The translations under genes and the position numbers were made by a program. A DNA stretch of 64,000 bases from Octopus sinensis (lineage: Eukaryota): positions 20,026,001 to 20,090,000 of the forward strand of contig NC_043001.1 in NCBI RefSeq assembly GCF_006345805.1, in the 5' to 3' direction. Of the stretch, positions 37,431 to 49,355 are shown one piece after another (the first letter of the stretch is position 1; every line of letters begins with the position of its first letter). A model generated the notes under the pieces. The model searched no databases. It was given only the letters and a program-made list of their open reading frames with translations, and was not told where the DNA came from.

Positions 37431-38873
37431 TACACCAGTCATTGGGGATGGTGCCCTCCTGGTGAATATTAAAGATAATGGTAAGTGGTAAAGTATGTAG
37501 TAAAGCTGGAGAGAAAGGTATGTTTGCATGTGAGAGAAGTGCCATGGTTTGTGGGAGTGTAACATGAGTAATGAACAGAGAAGGTTGGAAAGAATGGAAA
37601 TAAGAATAGTTTGGGGGATGAACAAAGTATTTCAGAGAGAGGAAGACAAGTAATTTATTGTTGAGAATGGTGAGAATAGTCAGTGATTGATGTGAATAGA
37701 AATGGGATAAGCTGGTTGTGTCATGTGCTGAAGGAGGATGAAAATGACTTGGTGAGAGAAGTGGGTGGAGATTAATGTAAAAGGAAGTAGATTGAGATGG
37801 GACGGGACAAGAAAGACACAGTTAAAGATGATGGAAAATATATATGAGGGCAAGAGTGTTCATAAGGAGAAAAGATAAGGACTCATTGGGGGTCTGCAAG
37901 GCTAACTAACAAGGAAAGTGACCTCAAAATACTTGTAGCTTAGCCTGTTCAAGCCCTTTTAATATTGTATCACTATTCTTAGAAAAAGTGCCCATTTCTC
38001 TTTTGCAGGGCTTCTGAGCCTGATAGGAGATAGTTATCCCCATGGTTGCTTTCAGCAGAGTAGTCTCCTGCAAGGACTGGCAGTGTATTACATCTTCCAT
38101 ATGAGATAAAGTTATGGTTTCTCTGATGGGTTTCCATTAAGTTTCCATCACTCATAAAGCACTTATTGATCCAATGCTGTGGTATAGGTTATCTGTCCAA
38201 GGTGCAGTGCAATGGAATCGAACCCAAAACCTTGTAGTTGCAAAACGAACCTCTCAATTATGCAATCATAGCTATACCCATAAACACACATAGGCATCAC
38301 CATTTATGTCCATTTTCCATGCTGGTATTGGTTGGACAGTTTGACAGGATCCAATGAGCTGCAGGGTTGCATAGAACTCCAATAGTGACTTTGGTTTCTG
38401 CAGCTGGATGTCCACCCTAACACCAACCACTTTACAGTGTACTGCATATATATACATAAAGAAAACTAAAATATACCCATCCATCACAATATATATATCT
38501 GATAGTTTTTATTACTTTAGTAGATATTGGTATGAAATAGAACTTCAGCTTGTTTAAGTTTTCTCTTGAAGTAGTATTGCACTAATAACTACTTCAATAT
38601 TATTTCACTAATAACTACTTCAATCTTTGAGAAGGAGCTAAGGTGTTGTAAAACTAGTTATTTATTAGTATAATCTAATCTTGTTTGATATATGGAAGAT
38701 ATTTATTAACCTTAATGACTGAAATTTCTGTCATATACCTACAGATATAGTGAGTGGCTGGATTGATAGAGTATCAGAGAAAATACCTTGTAGTATTTAG
38801 TGATGCCTTTCTATCTTTGAAGTTCAAATCCTGTTCATGTCCACTTTGCATTTCATTTGTCCAGGGTCATTAA

Positions 38874-39094
38874 CCCATTCATTACTGTATTTATTTTGAG
38901 ACACTCTGTGTTTCTTTTAATTACTTTAAATATAACAAAGAATTTAGTAAAATAACTTAGTTATCATTCAGCTAGTGTTAGGAACATAAATTGTTACTAA
39001 AGTTTGGTGGAGGATTTTTATTCAAAACTTATGCAAACAAGACATTGTGTACTCAGAGCCAGAGCCGTTTTCAGTCAGGTTGGTAATGAAAGGG
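38874..39094. mobile_element. piggyBac-type MITE
   Basis: TTAA|CCCATTCATTAC ... GTAATGAAAGGG|TTAA. Confidence 0.85.
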
Positions 39095-39799
39095 TTAAAT
39101 TAAGTTTTGTAGGTCCATTATAATTGTCTATACCTTAGAAAGCAGTACCCCAGCTTAAACACAGTGTTATGCCTAAAACCAGTAAATGTTAGAACCAGGC
39201 ATAATTGAAATTTACCTTAGAATTGATTTTAAAAGAAAATATATTAATGCATTTTATTAAGTACAGCAATGTCTGATTTGATATTAGCTGGACAAGATTG
39301 GAATGAATCGTTTTAAACACTGTGATTTGATTAGATTCTAAACAGGGCTGTGAGTTAGAAGTAATTATTAGGTTTCTGAAGTTGGAGTCTGTAAAAATGT
39401 ATCGATTTTGACTAAGTATAAATTTTAATATAATTCCAGTGGTGTTGTGACTTCACAGTCAAAAGAGATCTCTTGCTGGATAATCAAATCCTGTTAGTTG
39501 CTATTTACATCAGTTGAATGGACTGAATTTTGTTGAATAATGACCAAAATTACTAAACTCTTTGAAATATTAATTCACATGCAAAGGTTACAAGTACTGT
39601 CTCAAATTCCTGAGCTGTAATACAATGGAGCTTGACATATTGGTAATTCAGTATCATCCTCTTCAATTGAAGAATTAGACAGCGAAGCCTACTTGGACAA
39701 AATAAAATATTCAAAAATAAGAAAACAATCAGTTAATATCCTATTAAAAGAATTTTCTGTAAGATTTTTGGAAATTGGATTCAAAAGAGTGTGACTGTT

Positions 39800-40200
39800 C
39801 ATTGAACTGAAGTTGTCTCTTTCTGTAGAAATTATTCATGCTGGAACCAGAACTGTAATAGTTCATCACAAAACTTAAGAACCTTGGTCGTTCTTTAGTC
39901 TGTGTACCAGAACCTCAATGTAGATCAGAATAACTGTCATGGTGTTACCCAACATGCCCATTAAAGTCATCAACCACTGTAACTAAATTGCTGACTATTG
40001 GGATAGTTTTCAAGAGATCTTCAGAGAAGTAGTCCCCTTGCTCATCTATCAGTCATGATTATGGAGCATAAACATAATTCACTGTTGCTGTAATGTTGTT
40101 TATGACTAGCTTAAGCTCAGTTATTTTGTTGCATGCTCTAACTACCTTAATTATTTTATTTAATCTATTTCTTTACCAATAATATTCCTACTCCAACGTT
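39800..40200 (-). mobile_element. RTE endonuclease fragment
   Basis: DDFNGHVG.HHDSY (GDFNGH motif); similar to 34400-34700. Confidence 0.6.
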
Positions 40201-40343
40201 GATACCTAGCCAGAAGAATCTGTACCTATGTTTCTTGCTTGTAAGGGATTTTGTCTGAGGCACCCCACGATCTTACCGAAATCAGTATCGACAGACTGCT
40301 TTTGCACAAAAAATAATGAAATCAGATCTAAGGACTTCTTTAA

Positions 40344-40565
40344 CCCTTTTGTTACTGTATTTATTTTGAGATGCTCTGTGTTTCTTTCAATTACTTTAAA
40401 TATAACAAAGAATTTAGTAAAATAAACTTGGTTATCATTAAGCTAGTGTTAGGAACATAAATTGTGACTAAGGTTTGGTGGAAGATTTTAATTCAGAACT
40501 TATGAAAACAAGACATTTGTACTCGGAGCCAGGGTTGGTACTCAGCCGGGTTGGTATCAAAAGAG
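40344..40565. mobile_element. piggyBac-type MITE
   Basis: TTAA|CCCTTTTGTTAC ... GGTATCAAAAGAG|TTAA. Confidence 0.85.
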
Positions 40566-41289
40566 TTAAATGTAGGATCTAGTAGAAACAATTATTTCTA
40601 AGAACAAGATGTTTGTAAATGTAGGAATTGGCTTTTTGGTTTAACCCCTATTCTATAGATATGTTATTTCTTAATAAATTTTTTAGGAATAAACTTTTCA
40701 ATCTTTTGCAATATAATTTTTATTTCATATACTATAATCTTTCATGTTACTTCACTTTAATTTTATATGTATGCAATGTTTTAATCTTTAAAAAGAAAGG
40801 GTATGTATTTTTTTAATGTTCATTTAAGTCGTTTTAGTTGTTCATTCTTTTAGTTTTAACTTTGATGTACTCCAGACTTTTGAACTTGTAAAGAAAAATG
40901 AACTTGAGTTTCTTTTATGGTATTTTTATAGTCCATTTCTTTCATAGCCTTTAGATAAAAACAGCCTCTTTTTAAAAAAAAAAAAAATTTTTAAGTTTTG
41001 AATTATGCTTAATTGTTAACTTTATTAAATAACACATTTTTCAAAAAACCACAAAAGCATAGTTATCTTTAGCTTTTAACCTAAACTTTAATGGGTTAGG
41101 GTCCTAAAATGTAATCTGATGATTCAAATTGATTGATCATGTATGTTGTGTTCTTTCAATCAATATATAAAAAATATATGATTGTTTAATTACAAACAGA
41201 GGAGTCAGTCAGAATCAGTGGCACTCTAAAGTGATGAGCTGAGGTGCAATCAAAGATTTTGTATGCTGGTTCCACAACCCAGACAGCTA

Positions 41290-41490
41290 TCATTATCATC
41301 ATTGTTTAACGTCCGTTTTCCTTGCTAGCATGGGTTGGACGGTTCGACCGGGGTCTGGGAAACCAGGAGACTGCACCAGGCTCCAGTCTGATCTGGCAGT
41401 GTTTCTACAGCTGGATGCCCTTCCTAACGCCAACCACTTCGTGAATGTAGTGGGTGCTTTTTACGTGCCAGGCGAGGCTGGCAACAGCTT
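41290..41490 (-). mobile_element. SINE family B
   Basis: Family B 3' module. Confidence 0.85.
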
Positions 41491-41504
41491 ATATAATAAT
41501 GATT

Positions 41505-41720
41505 TCAAATTCTAGCACAAGGCCGGCAATTTCAGGGAAGTGGGTAAGTCGATTACACAGAGCCCAGTCTTCAACTGGTACTTATTTTACCAACCCTGAA
41601 AGGAAACCCAGGTTGATCTCGGCAGTATTTGGACACAACATAAAGACGGATGAATTGCTACTGAGCATTTTGCCCAACATTGTAATGATTTCTGCCAGCT
41701 TGCCACCTTCTCCCTATATG
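41505..41720 (-). mobile_element. SINE family D (old)
   Basis: Shared core with 4945-5178. Confidence 0.65.
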
Positions 41721-41984
41721 ATAATATCTAGTGTAAATGTTGGTTAGTTGGTTTATCAATTGATTTATTCAGTCACACTTTACATCATAGAGAGGAGAAA
41801 AGAGAATAAAAATGAGATAAACTGATTGTTAACATAAGAGATTTTGGATGAGTATTATTATTAATAGTGTGTATTTATTGCAAATTAAAAATGAGAAATG
41901 TTTTAATTTTATTTTAAGGTAATATGTATATTTCTTTTGAAAATTGACCACTGAGAAATTTGATAAAAGTTTAATTATAGGTGT

Positions 41985-42365
41985 AGGTGTGGCTGTGTGG
42001 TAAAAAGTTTGCTTCCCAACCACATGGTTCTGTATTCAGTCCCACTGATTGGAACCTTGGGCAAGTGACCAAAGTCTTGTGAGTGGATTTTGTTGATGGA
42101 AACTGAAAGAAGCCCATTTACACACACACACACACACACACATTATGTATTTATGCATATGTGTCTGTGTTTCTCCTGCAACTGCTTCACAACTGGTGTC
42201 GGTGTGTTTACATCTTCATAACTTAGAAATTTGGCAAAAAGAGATTGATAGATTAAATACCAAGCTTAAAAAAAAATAAGTACTGGGGTCGAGTTGTTTG
42301 ACTAAGTCTTCATTGCAGTGCCCCAGCATGGCCACAATGTAATGCCTGAAACAAGTAAAAAAGAT
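41985..42365 (+). mobile_element. SINE family A
   Basis: Head ggtgtaggtgtggctgtgtggtaaaaagtttgcttcc, (CA)n core, tail gaaacaagtaaaa. Confidence 0.85.
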
Positions 42366-42566
42366 AAGATAGTATATATGCTGTATTTTCTTATCTTACC
42401 CATGGTGGTAAAATATACACCCAAAGTTACCTGTCATTTGACAGGTAACACTAGTGGTAATATATTACTGTAAGCTGTCTTGTAGTCATTAAAATTGTTT
42501 CATAATTAACCAATCACAATAACTATTACAACAAAAGACTTCAATAACTCTAAGCAATAAACTCAC

Positions 42567-42611
42567 CAGTTCATCTTCACCATTGGCTAGCTTCACTTTT
42601 TCCTTGCTAGT
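42567..42611 (-). CDS. Candidate 45-nt - strand exon
   Basis: atttattcctgtcttccaAG ... CTG|GTGAGT; only phase 0 is open: TSKEKVKLANGEDEL. Confidence 0.35.
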
Positions 42612-42929
42612 CTTGGAAGACAGGAATAAATTTTATTAGCAGTGTAATTACTTTCTGCACATAGTGACCTCTTATTGACATCTCATTTTCTTCTGAACAT
42701 GTTTACACTCTATTTTGCTCTCAAAGCCAGTGGATCCTTTTAAAGTCATTTCTTTTTAGTTATTGCATACCCTCTATTGTATCCTAGATCTACTTTCCTT
42801 CAAGCATATTGGAAACCTTTGTTCATGGATAAGTTTTATCCACATTTAAATATTAAACTGATGAGTCTGAGGGAATAAAGGTTCAAGCTAAACAGCAATT
42901 TAATATATGTGGCACACTTTATTATTATC

Positions 42930-43135
42930 ATTATCATCATCATCGTTTAAAGTCCGCTTACCATGCTAGCATGGGTTGGACGATTTTGACTGAGGGCTGG
43001 CGAACCAGATGGCTGCACCAGGCTCCAATCTTGATTTGGCAGAGTTTCTACAGCTGGATGCCCTTCCCAACGCCAACCACTCCGAGAGTGTAGTGGGTGC
43101 TTTTTTACATGCCACCGGCACGGGGGCTCGAGCAA
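42930..43135 (-). mobile_element. SINE family B
   Basis: Family B module, closely similar to 9318-9510. Confidence 0.9.
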
Positions 43136-43164
43136 GGTCATTGCCAGTACCTTATTACTCTTTA

Positions 43165-43574
43165 CTCTCTCTTTACTCTTTTACTTGTTTCAGTCATTTG
43201 ACTGCGGCCATGCTGGAGCACCGCCTTTAGTCGAGCAAATCAACCCCGGGACTTATTCTTTGTAAGCCCAGTACTTATTCTATCGGTCTCTTTTGCCGAA
43301 CTGCTAAGTGACGGGGACAAACACAGACACAGACAATGTTGGGGGGACAAACACAGACACACAAACATATACACACACATACATACATACATATATATAT
43401 ACATATATACGACAGGCTTCTTTCAGTTTCCGTCTACCAAATCCACTCACAAGGCTTTGGTCGGCCCGAGGCTATAGCAGAAGACACTTGCCCAAGATGC
43501 TACGCAGTGGGACTGAACCCAGAACCATGTGGTTGGTTAGCAAGCTACTTACCACACAGCCACTCCTGCGCCTA
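43165..43574 (-). mobile_element. SINE family A (young)
   Basis: Near-consensus copy. Confidence 0.9.
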
Positions 43575-44214
43575 TGATAAAATTAAAAATTCAGTTTTCT
43601 CTGTGTACATGCTTCTCCTCAGGTTCTTAATATACTTGCAATTTGCCTTAGTTGTAAAAAGGTTCTTTCCTTTGCCCTAAAGAGGTGAGATCCTTTTTAG
43701 TACAAACAGAAACAATACTTCAAACATTTGGACAGTACCACTACGTTCAAACTGTTCTCGTATATTTCTTTGAACTCTTAAAAGATTAGATGCCATGACA
43801 GTGGTGAGCCAAGTAACAAAACCTGTGATTTATATTTCATGGTATTATAGTTTATCCTCAAACAAGATGTGTTGTTCCGTTCACTTTGTTCAAGTCAGCT
43901 TGTTCTTTGTTTCTGAGATAAAGCCAAGATTTAAATATTACAATAAGCTGAGAATCATGAAAAAATGTTGACAACTGTTAGACACAAGGCCAGCATTTTT
44001 GAGGGGAGGAATTTAATTGATTAAATTGACCTCACTATTAGACTGCTAAGTTATTTTATTGACACCCCCCCCCAAAAAAAAAACCGGCTGAAAGGCATAT
44101 TTGAACTCAGAAAGTAAAGAGCTGGAACAAATATCACAAGTTGCTTTGTCCAGTGCTCTTAAAGATTCTGCCAGTCCACTACCTTCACTATTAATAAATG
44201 CACCCCTTTTAAAG

Positions 44215-44447
44215 CCTAGCCAGGTTCATGGGCCCGGTTTCCTGGTTTCAATGGTGTATGTATTCCTCAGCTGGAGGGGACGCCAGTCTATTGCAGTGTT
44301 ACTCATTTTTGCCAGCTGAGTGGACTGGAGCAACGTAAAATGAAATGTTTTGCTCAAGAACACAACGCGTTGCCTGGTCGAGGAATCGAAACCACAATCT
44401 TACGATCATGATGCTGACACCCTAACCACTAAGCCACATGCCTCCAC
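44215..44447 (-). mobile_element. tRNA-headed SINE, V-SINE-like core
   Basis: gtggaggcatgtggcttagtggttagggtgtcagcatc...ggtttcgattcc...ttgctccagtccactcagctg...gcaatagactggcgtccctccagc. Confidence 0.7.
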
Positions 44448-44479
44448 CCTTCACTATTAGTAATACTAATAATCCTTTC

Positions 44480-44680
44480 TACTATATGCACAAAGCCTAA
44501 AATTTAGAGAAAGAGGCTAGTCGATTACACCGACCCCAGTGCTCAACTGGTACTTATTTTATCAACCCCGAAAGAATGAAAGGCAAAGTTGCCCTCGGAG
44601 GAATTTTAACTCAGAACACAAAGACGGACAAAATGCCGCTAAGCATTTTACCCAGCGTGCTAATGATTCTGTCAGCTTGT
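44480..44680 (-). mobile_element. SINE family D
   Basis: ttagcacgctgggtaaaatgcttagcggc...gagttaaaattcctccgagg...ggggttgataaaataagtaccag. Confidence 0.8.
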
Positions 44681-44989
44681 CATATTATTAATAATAATAA
44701 TGACAATCTTATCATAGCAATTTCATACATGCAGTAAAAGTTATATATAGGGATTTCATGCATGTTAGGAGGGATAAAACTAAAGTTATATAAAGAGAGA
44801 ATTAGACATTATACAATAAATAACTGGACATGTTTTAAAAGTGTTTCAGCTTTAAAGCTGTGGTCATGCTGGGTGGAGCACCAAAGTTGGACATGTTTAA
44901 AAATTTGATATAAATTGACTAAAATAAATAATTATATAAAAGCACAATTATTAAAAAGAAAGATCTAATTTTAGAAAATCTTGGAAAAC

Positions 44990-46050
44990 AGTAACACAAC
45001 CACACACGACTGAGAATACACCAACTAGGTTGGGTCAGAACACTCCTTTGCACTGGCCTTCTGCCGTGCCTTGGAACTGATGCCTGTGAGCATATATGCT
45101 GAGCTACTCTAGAAATCTGTTGGAAATTCCATATTAGTAATTCATAGACTGCTCATGTGCTTTTCACTTCGTATCATTTGGGTGTTCCATAAAACTGGGG
45201 CCATTCTTTTATCTTCAGTTTAGTTGTTCTATCAGTTCTTCATTTGTTTTGCTAAGAACTGTGCAATTGAATTAAACTCAGTAAGAGGAGACAGGCTCCA
45301 TCTTACACTTTGCTTGCTGTCTGCTACTGCTCATGTTAAAACATTTTTCAACCCAAAGGCACTAATGAGTTGGATGTGACTTAAGGCACCCCATGTCCTC
45401 AGGGATATTTTTAGGCTAATTGCTGTGATCACCAGTTTCTATGTCTTGTTTGAGTGTTTTTTAAATTCTGGCTTTTTCATCTCCAATAACTACCTCATCC
45501 TCATCATTTTGCTTAAGGTCTTTTATTAGAGAAAAACAGTGTTGCTTTGTGAAACCATAAAAAACATGTACTGGGAAAGATGCCCTTTCTTGTATATTAT
45601 ATTTGTTTGCACTTGGAGTAAACTTTTCTTTTTTAGAGCCTCTTCTTTTTCTACTTTTTTAAGTATGGCAGTTTGTTACCCTTGCTTGCTCTCCATGTTT
45701 TCCTTAGTGTTACAAGATGATAAGGTTGGTTGTAGCTGGGCAAGGAATGTCTCTTTATTGGCTGTTGGTCCTGGAAACAAGATAGGCTTTTTTTTTTTTA
45801 CTTTACTCAGTCCTACAAGTGATGGGGTTGTTGGGACAATAGCATCTGTTTTTGCTGGTTCTGTTGCTATTCTCATCTTTCTCTCCATCTTTCTATTTCT
45901 TGGGGGTAGATAGCTTTCCAGTAGCATAATGCCACAAGTGTTATAGCTAGGTTTTTCTAATCCATACCTCCCAAACAAATATAATTGCTTGTGACTGCTG
46001 CACTTTAAAGATAACAACTTAATCAATAAAAGAAATATATCCTGCAATCA
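44990..46050 (-). mobile_element. Decayed non-LTR ORF2 fragment (EN-RT linker to start of RT)
   Basis: FYGFTK...DEVVIGDEKARI; EELIEQL...KNGP; then an RT domain 1-2-like segment ending LFSKIF; frameshifted. Confidence 0.4.
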
Positions 46051-46054
46051 ACGT

Positions 46055-46245
46055 ACTTTTGTCTAATCCTGGGCAAAATCAAAATCATCATTGTTCCCAT
46101 TGCGACTTCATAGCAAAATCTATACCAGGACTCAGATTACATTTATGCATCCATCGCAAATGGATGCAGCTTCTTTTATTTTTAATCCTTTCCTTCAAAC
46201 AGTCATGCATCAAAATTGACGGGGGTGACCGTCATCATAATTTTT
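46055..46245 (+). mobile_element. RTE-type 3' end with C2H2 zinc finger
   Basis: CSHCDFIAKSIPGLRLHLCIH followed by a short tail gaccgtcatcat. Confidence 0.5.
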
Positions 46246-47155
46246 AAACCTATTATGTTATAAATTATATGCTAATTGGATGGTTGCTGGAATTTCAAGT
46301 GTTTTTGTAGTTTTGTCAAGCAGCAGGTGCTGTTAGACAAAACTATACGATTTGTGGGTAGTGGTTTTGACTAAGATAAATTGCCTGACACTTTTGAGTG
46401 TAGGTACTGAGTGGGAGGTCATTGGTGCTACTGTGTGATTATTTCACATTGAACTAGGTTACCTGTGATTAATCAACTAAAGCAGCTGTCAACAGACTCT
46501 TGACAAAGTGGTGCAGAATTTGATAAAATACCTGTCATATACTAGGGGAAATTCAGTTGACTATACCACTAAAAAAATTGAAATTGTCCTTATTTTATTG
46601 TTATAGTAAGTCTTTGAAACTGTCTGATGTCTAAAAGCAAACCTGTACTCATTCAAAAAACAAAAATAGTTTTTTTTGCTTCAATATTCTAATCCAGAAA
46701 GCTCAAGTGTTCTTGTATTCTTTTATCTGCTATATTAAACTTGTATTAAGATCTAGAGACCAGCTTATGTCAACATGAACATTTTAATAAAACAAGTTCT
46801 GAATATTTTTCTTGGTAGTAAAATATTTCAATTACTGAGTAATCTTTATATATTAATTTCATCTAACGAAATATTATGGAATGTTCATCTTCATAAATTC
46901 TATAAAAAATAATTTACACTTTAATATCTTCATTGCATACCATTGAGAATCCCTTTTATATATGTTTTGTTGATAGCATTTTGAGAATCTTTTATACTGC
47001 TTGCTATGGTCTATATTTCTATGTTCTCTGAGTATGCATTAACTTATCAGTAAGTAGGAAAAAAACAGTTTTTGGTGGTTTTTCTTTTCATTTCTGAACA
47101 TAATTATATTTTTCATAAAAATTGTTCTATAGTTGAATATTTCTTGCTATTTAAG

Positions 47156-47215
47156 TATTGTTGATGCAACTTTAATATGCATTGCATTCTCCACTGAGGA
47201 GTTTTATGATCAAAA
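47156..47215 (+). CDS. Candidate 60-nt exon
   Basis: atttcttgctatttaAG ... AAA|GTATGT; only phase 2 is open: IVDATLICIAFSTEEFYDQ. Confidence 0.4.
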
Positions 47216-47698
47216 GTATGTTCCTTTGTGTTTGACGCCTTCTCAATCGCTGCGATAGTAATAATACATTTTGTTAATTACTACCTAACATTGGTAGGCA
47301 ATATATCTAAAATTTAAGGTCTTTGATATCTTTTTCTGAGGTGTTATTACACTTTTCTGATCAAATGTTGCTTTTTAAACTGTTTTGAATTCAGTATTAT
47401 TTATAAAAAATAAAAAAATAAAAATAATAAATTGAAATGTTTTTACTGTAGTCAAGATTAGAAAGAATGCCTCATTGTAAAATTTTTGTTGTATAATCAA
47501 TGATGTATTGATTTAACTAATACATGGTTTGTGTAGTTAGTAGTAAACCTTATTTATTTTGTTCTACTTTGTCTAATGTAGAATAAAGTACCCAAAGGGT
47601 TAAAAGTTGATATTTACTTTAAAGTGTCTTAGTTTTCAAAATCGCTGGAGTTTATAGCAGATTAGTGAACGATACACACAATCAATACTCAAAGAATA

Positions 47699-47733
<35 letters not shown>

Positions 47734-47925
47734 CCAAAACAGACATTGATGCAATCTTCAGACCTGTCAGATCTTGTCAAACTACTCAACCCATGCCAGC
47801 ATGGAATATGGACACTGAAATGATGGATGGTATATCTTCGTTTCTTACATTATGTTGTATCCCCCTCCTGGGTGTCATGTAAATATTTGGGATTGTGGAA
47901 CTTTAACAGAGAATAATAAAATTAG

Positions 47926-48275
47926 TGGAAGGTGTTTATAAGCCATTTAAGAAACACACAAAAACCGTTAGATTCACTTCAGCATTTAAATTTAATTTGT
48001 CAAAATATTTTCGTCGCTTTGAGACTGCGACTTGTTCACTAACAAAACTTTGTGCTGCATCCAGCACGAATTAGAGATGCAGCATGAAGTTTTGTCAGTG
48101 AACAAGTCGCGGTCTCAAAGCGACGAAAATATTTTGGCAAATTTAAATGTTGAAGTGAATGTAACTGTTTCTGTGTGTTTCTTAAATGGCTTATAAACAC
48201 CTTCCACGCTACAATTGTTTTCATTCCGGCACACAATCTCAGATCAAGTCACTCGCTATGCAAGTACATCTCCGT
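47926..48275. repeat. Palindromic repeat (arms 47926-48061 and 48076-48207)
   Basis: ~135-bp inverted arms with a 14-nt spacer; same family as 28160-28362. Confidence 0.9.
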
Positions 48276-48327
48276 AAAATAAAATTACACTTAAAATACA
48301 TGCACAATAAAATTTGTTTATAAAATG

Positions 48328-48726
48328 CAAGCATGGAGTGGCTGTGTGGTAAGTAGCTTGCTAACCAACCACATGGTTCCGGGTTCAGTCCCACTGCGTG
48401 GCACCTTGAGCAAGTGTCTTCTGCTATAGCCCCGGGCCGACCAATGCCTTGTGAGTGGATTTGGTAGACGGAAACTGAAAGAAGCCTGTCGTATATATAT
48501 ATATATATGTATGTGTGTGTATATGTTTGTGTGTCTGTGTTTGTCCCCCTAGCATTGCTTGACGACCGATGATGCTGGTGTGTTTATGTCCCTGTCACTT
48601 AGCGGTTCGGCAAAAAGAGACCGATAGAATAAGTTTGGGCTTACAAAGAATAAGTCCCGGGGTCGATCTGCTCGACTAAAGGCGGTGCTCCAGCATGGCC
48701 GCAGTCAAATGACTGAAACAAGTAAA
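48328..48726 (+). mobile_element. SINE family A (young)
   Basis: Near-consensus copy. Confidence 0.9.
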
Positions 48727-49355
48727 AAAAAAAATTTTTTTAAATGGAATAAAAAATAAACAATAATGGAACAAGTTTGATAGACTATTCTTGTCCTCTT
48801 TTGTGCAATGTTTGCTCCATAGTTGCATTTACACTAAAAATGATGACATTTAATGGCTGCTATATACTTTAAAAACTCTTATTGATGGCACAACACAAGC
48901 TTTCCAAATATAAGATTTCAGTATTGTCTTTTAAGGCAGTTATCATTATGTGTGTTTTACATATAGTCATAAAGTTTATAAATGCTTTTGTGAATGGTGT
49001 TAATGACGTTTATGTACAACCATGATTTTGAATTCTTAATCAGGAAATATATATATGTAGGTAATGAGTTGTGTCATAACAGTAAGTACTTAAGATAATT
49101 TGTTATAGTCTGTAATTTACTCGTAATATCAACAAATGATGATGCAATTTTCCTCCATTTTCCAAACTAACTTTATATTATACCTAATTATCTGTAAATA
49201 ATAAAACAAAGTTTTAAATATTTTAACTTCAAATTTATTGTAGAATTTAAATACTTATGAATTTTGACTAATTTATGAGTTTAAGATTTCTTTTTAACAT
49301 TCTTTTCAAATTATTAGATAGATTTTTTTAATATGTAGAATTAAACGTATCTCCC

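Noticed and set aside
38009-38108. + strand acceptor then GLLSLIGDSYPHGCFQQ...*
   Set aside because: No convincing donor and adjacent to LINE debris; cannot be distinguished from TE-derived sequence.
246-47215. Resemblance of the spliced peptide to TMEM184/OST-alpha, ANAPC4, PIN or small-GTPase motifs
   Set aside because: Only scattered by-eye matches; key conserved residues are missing, so no gene symbol is assigned.
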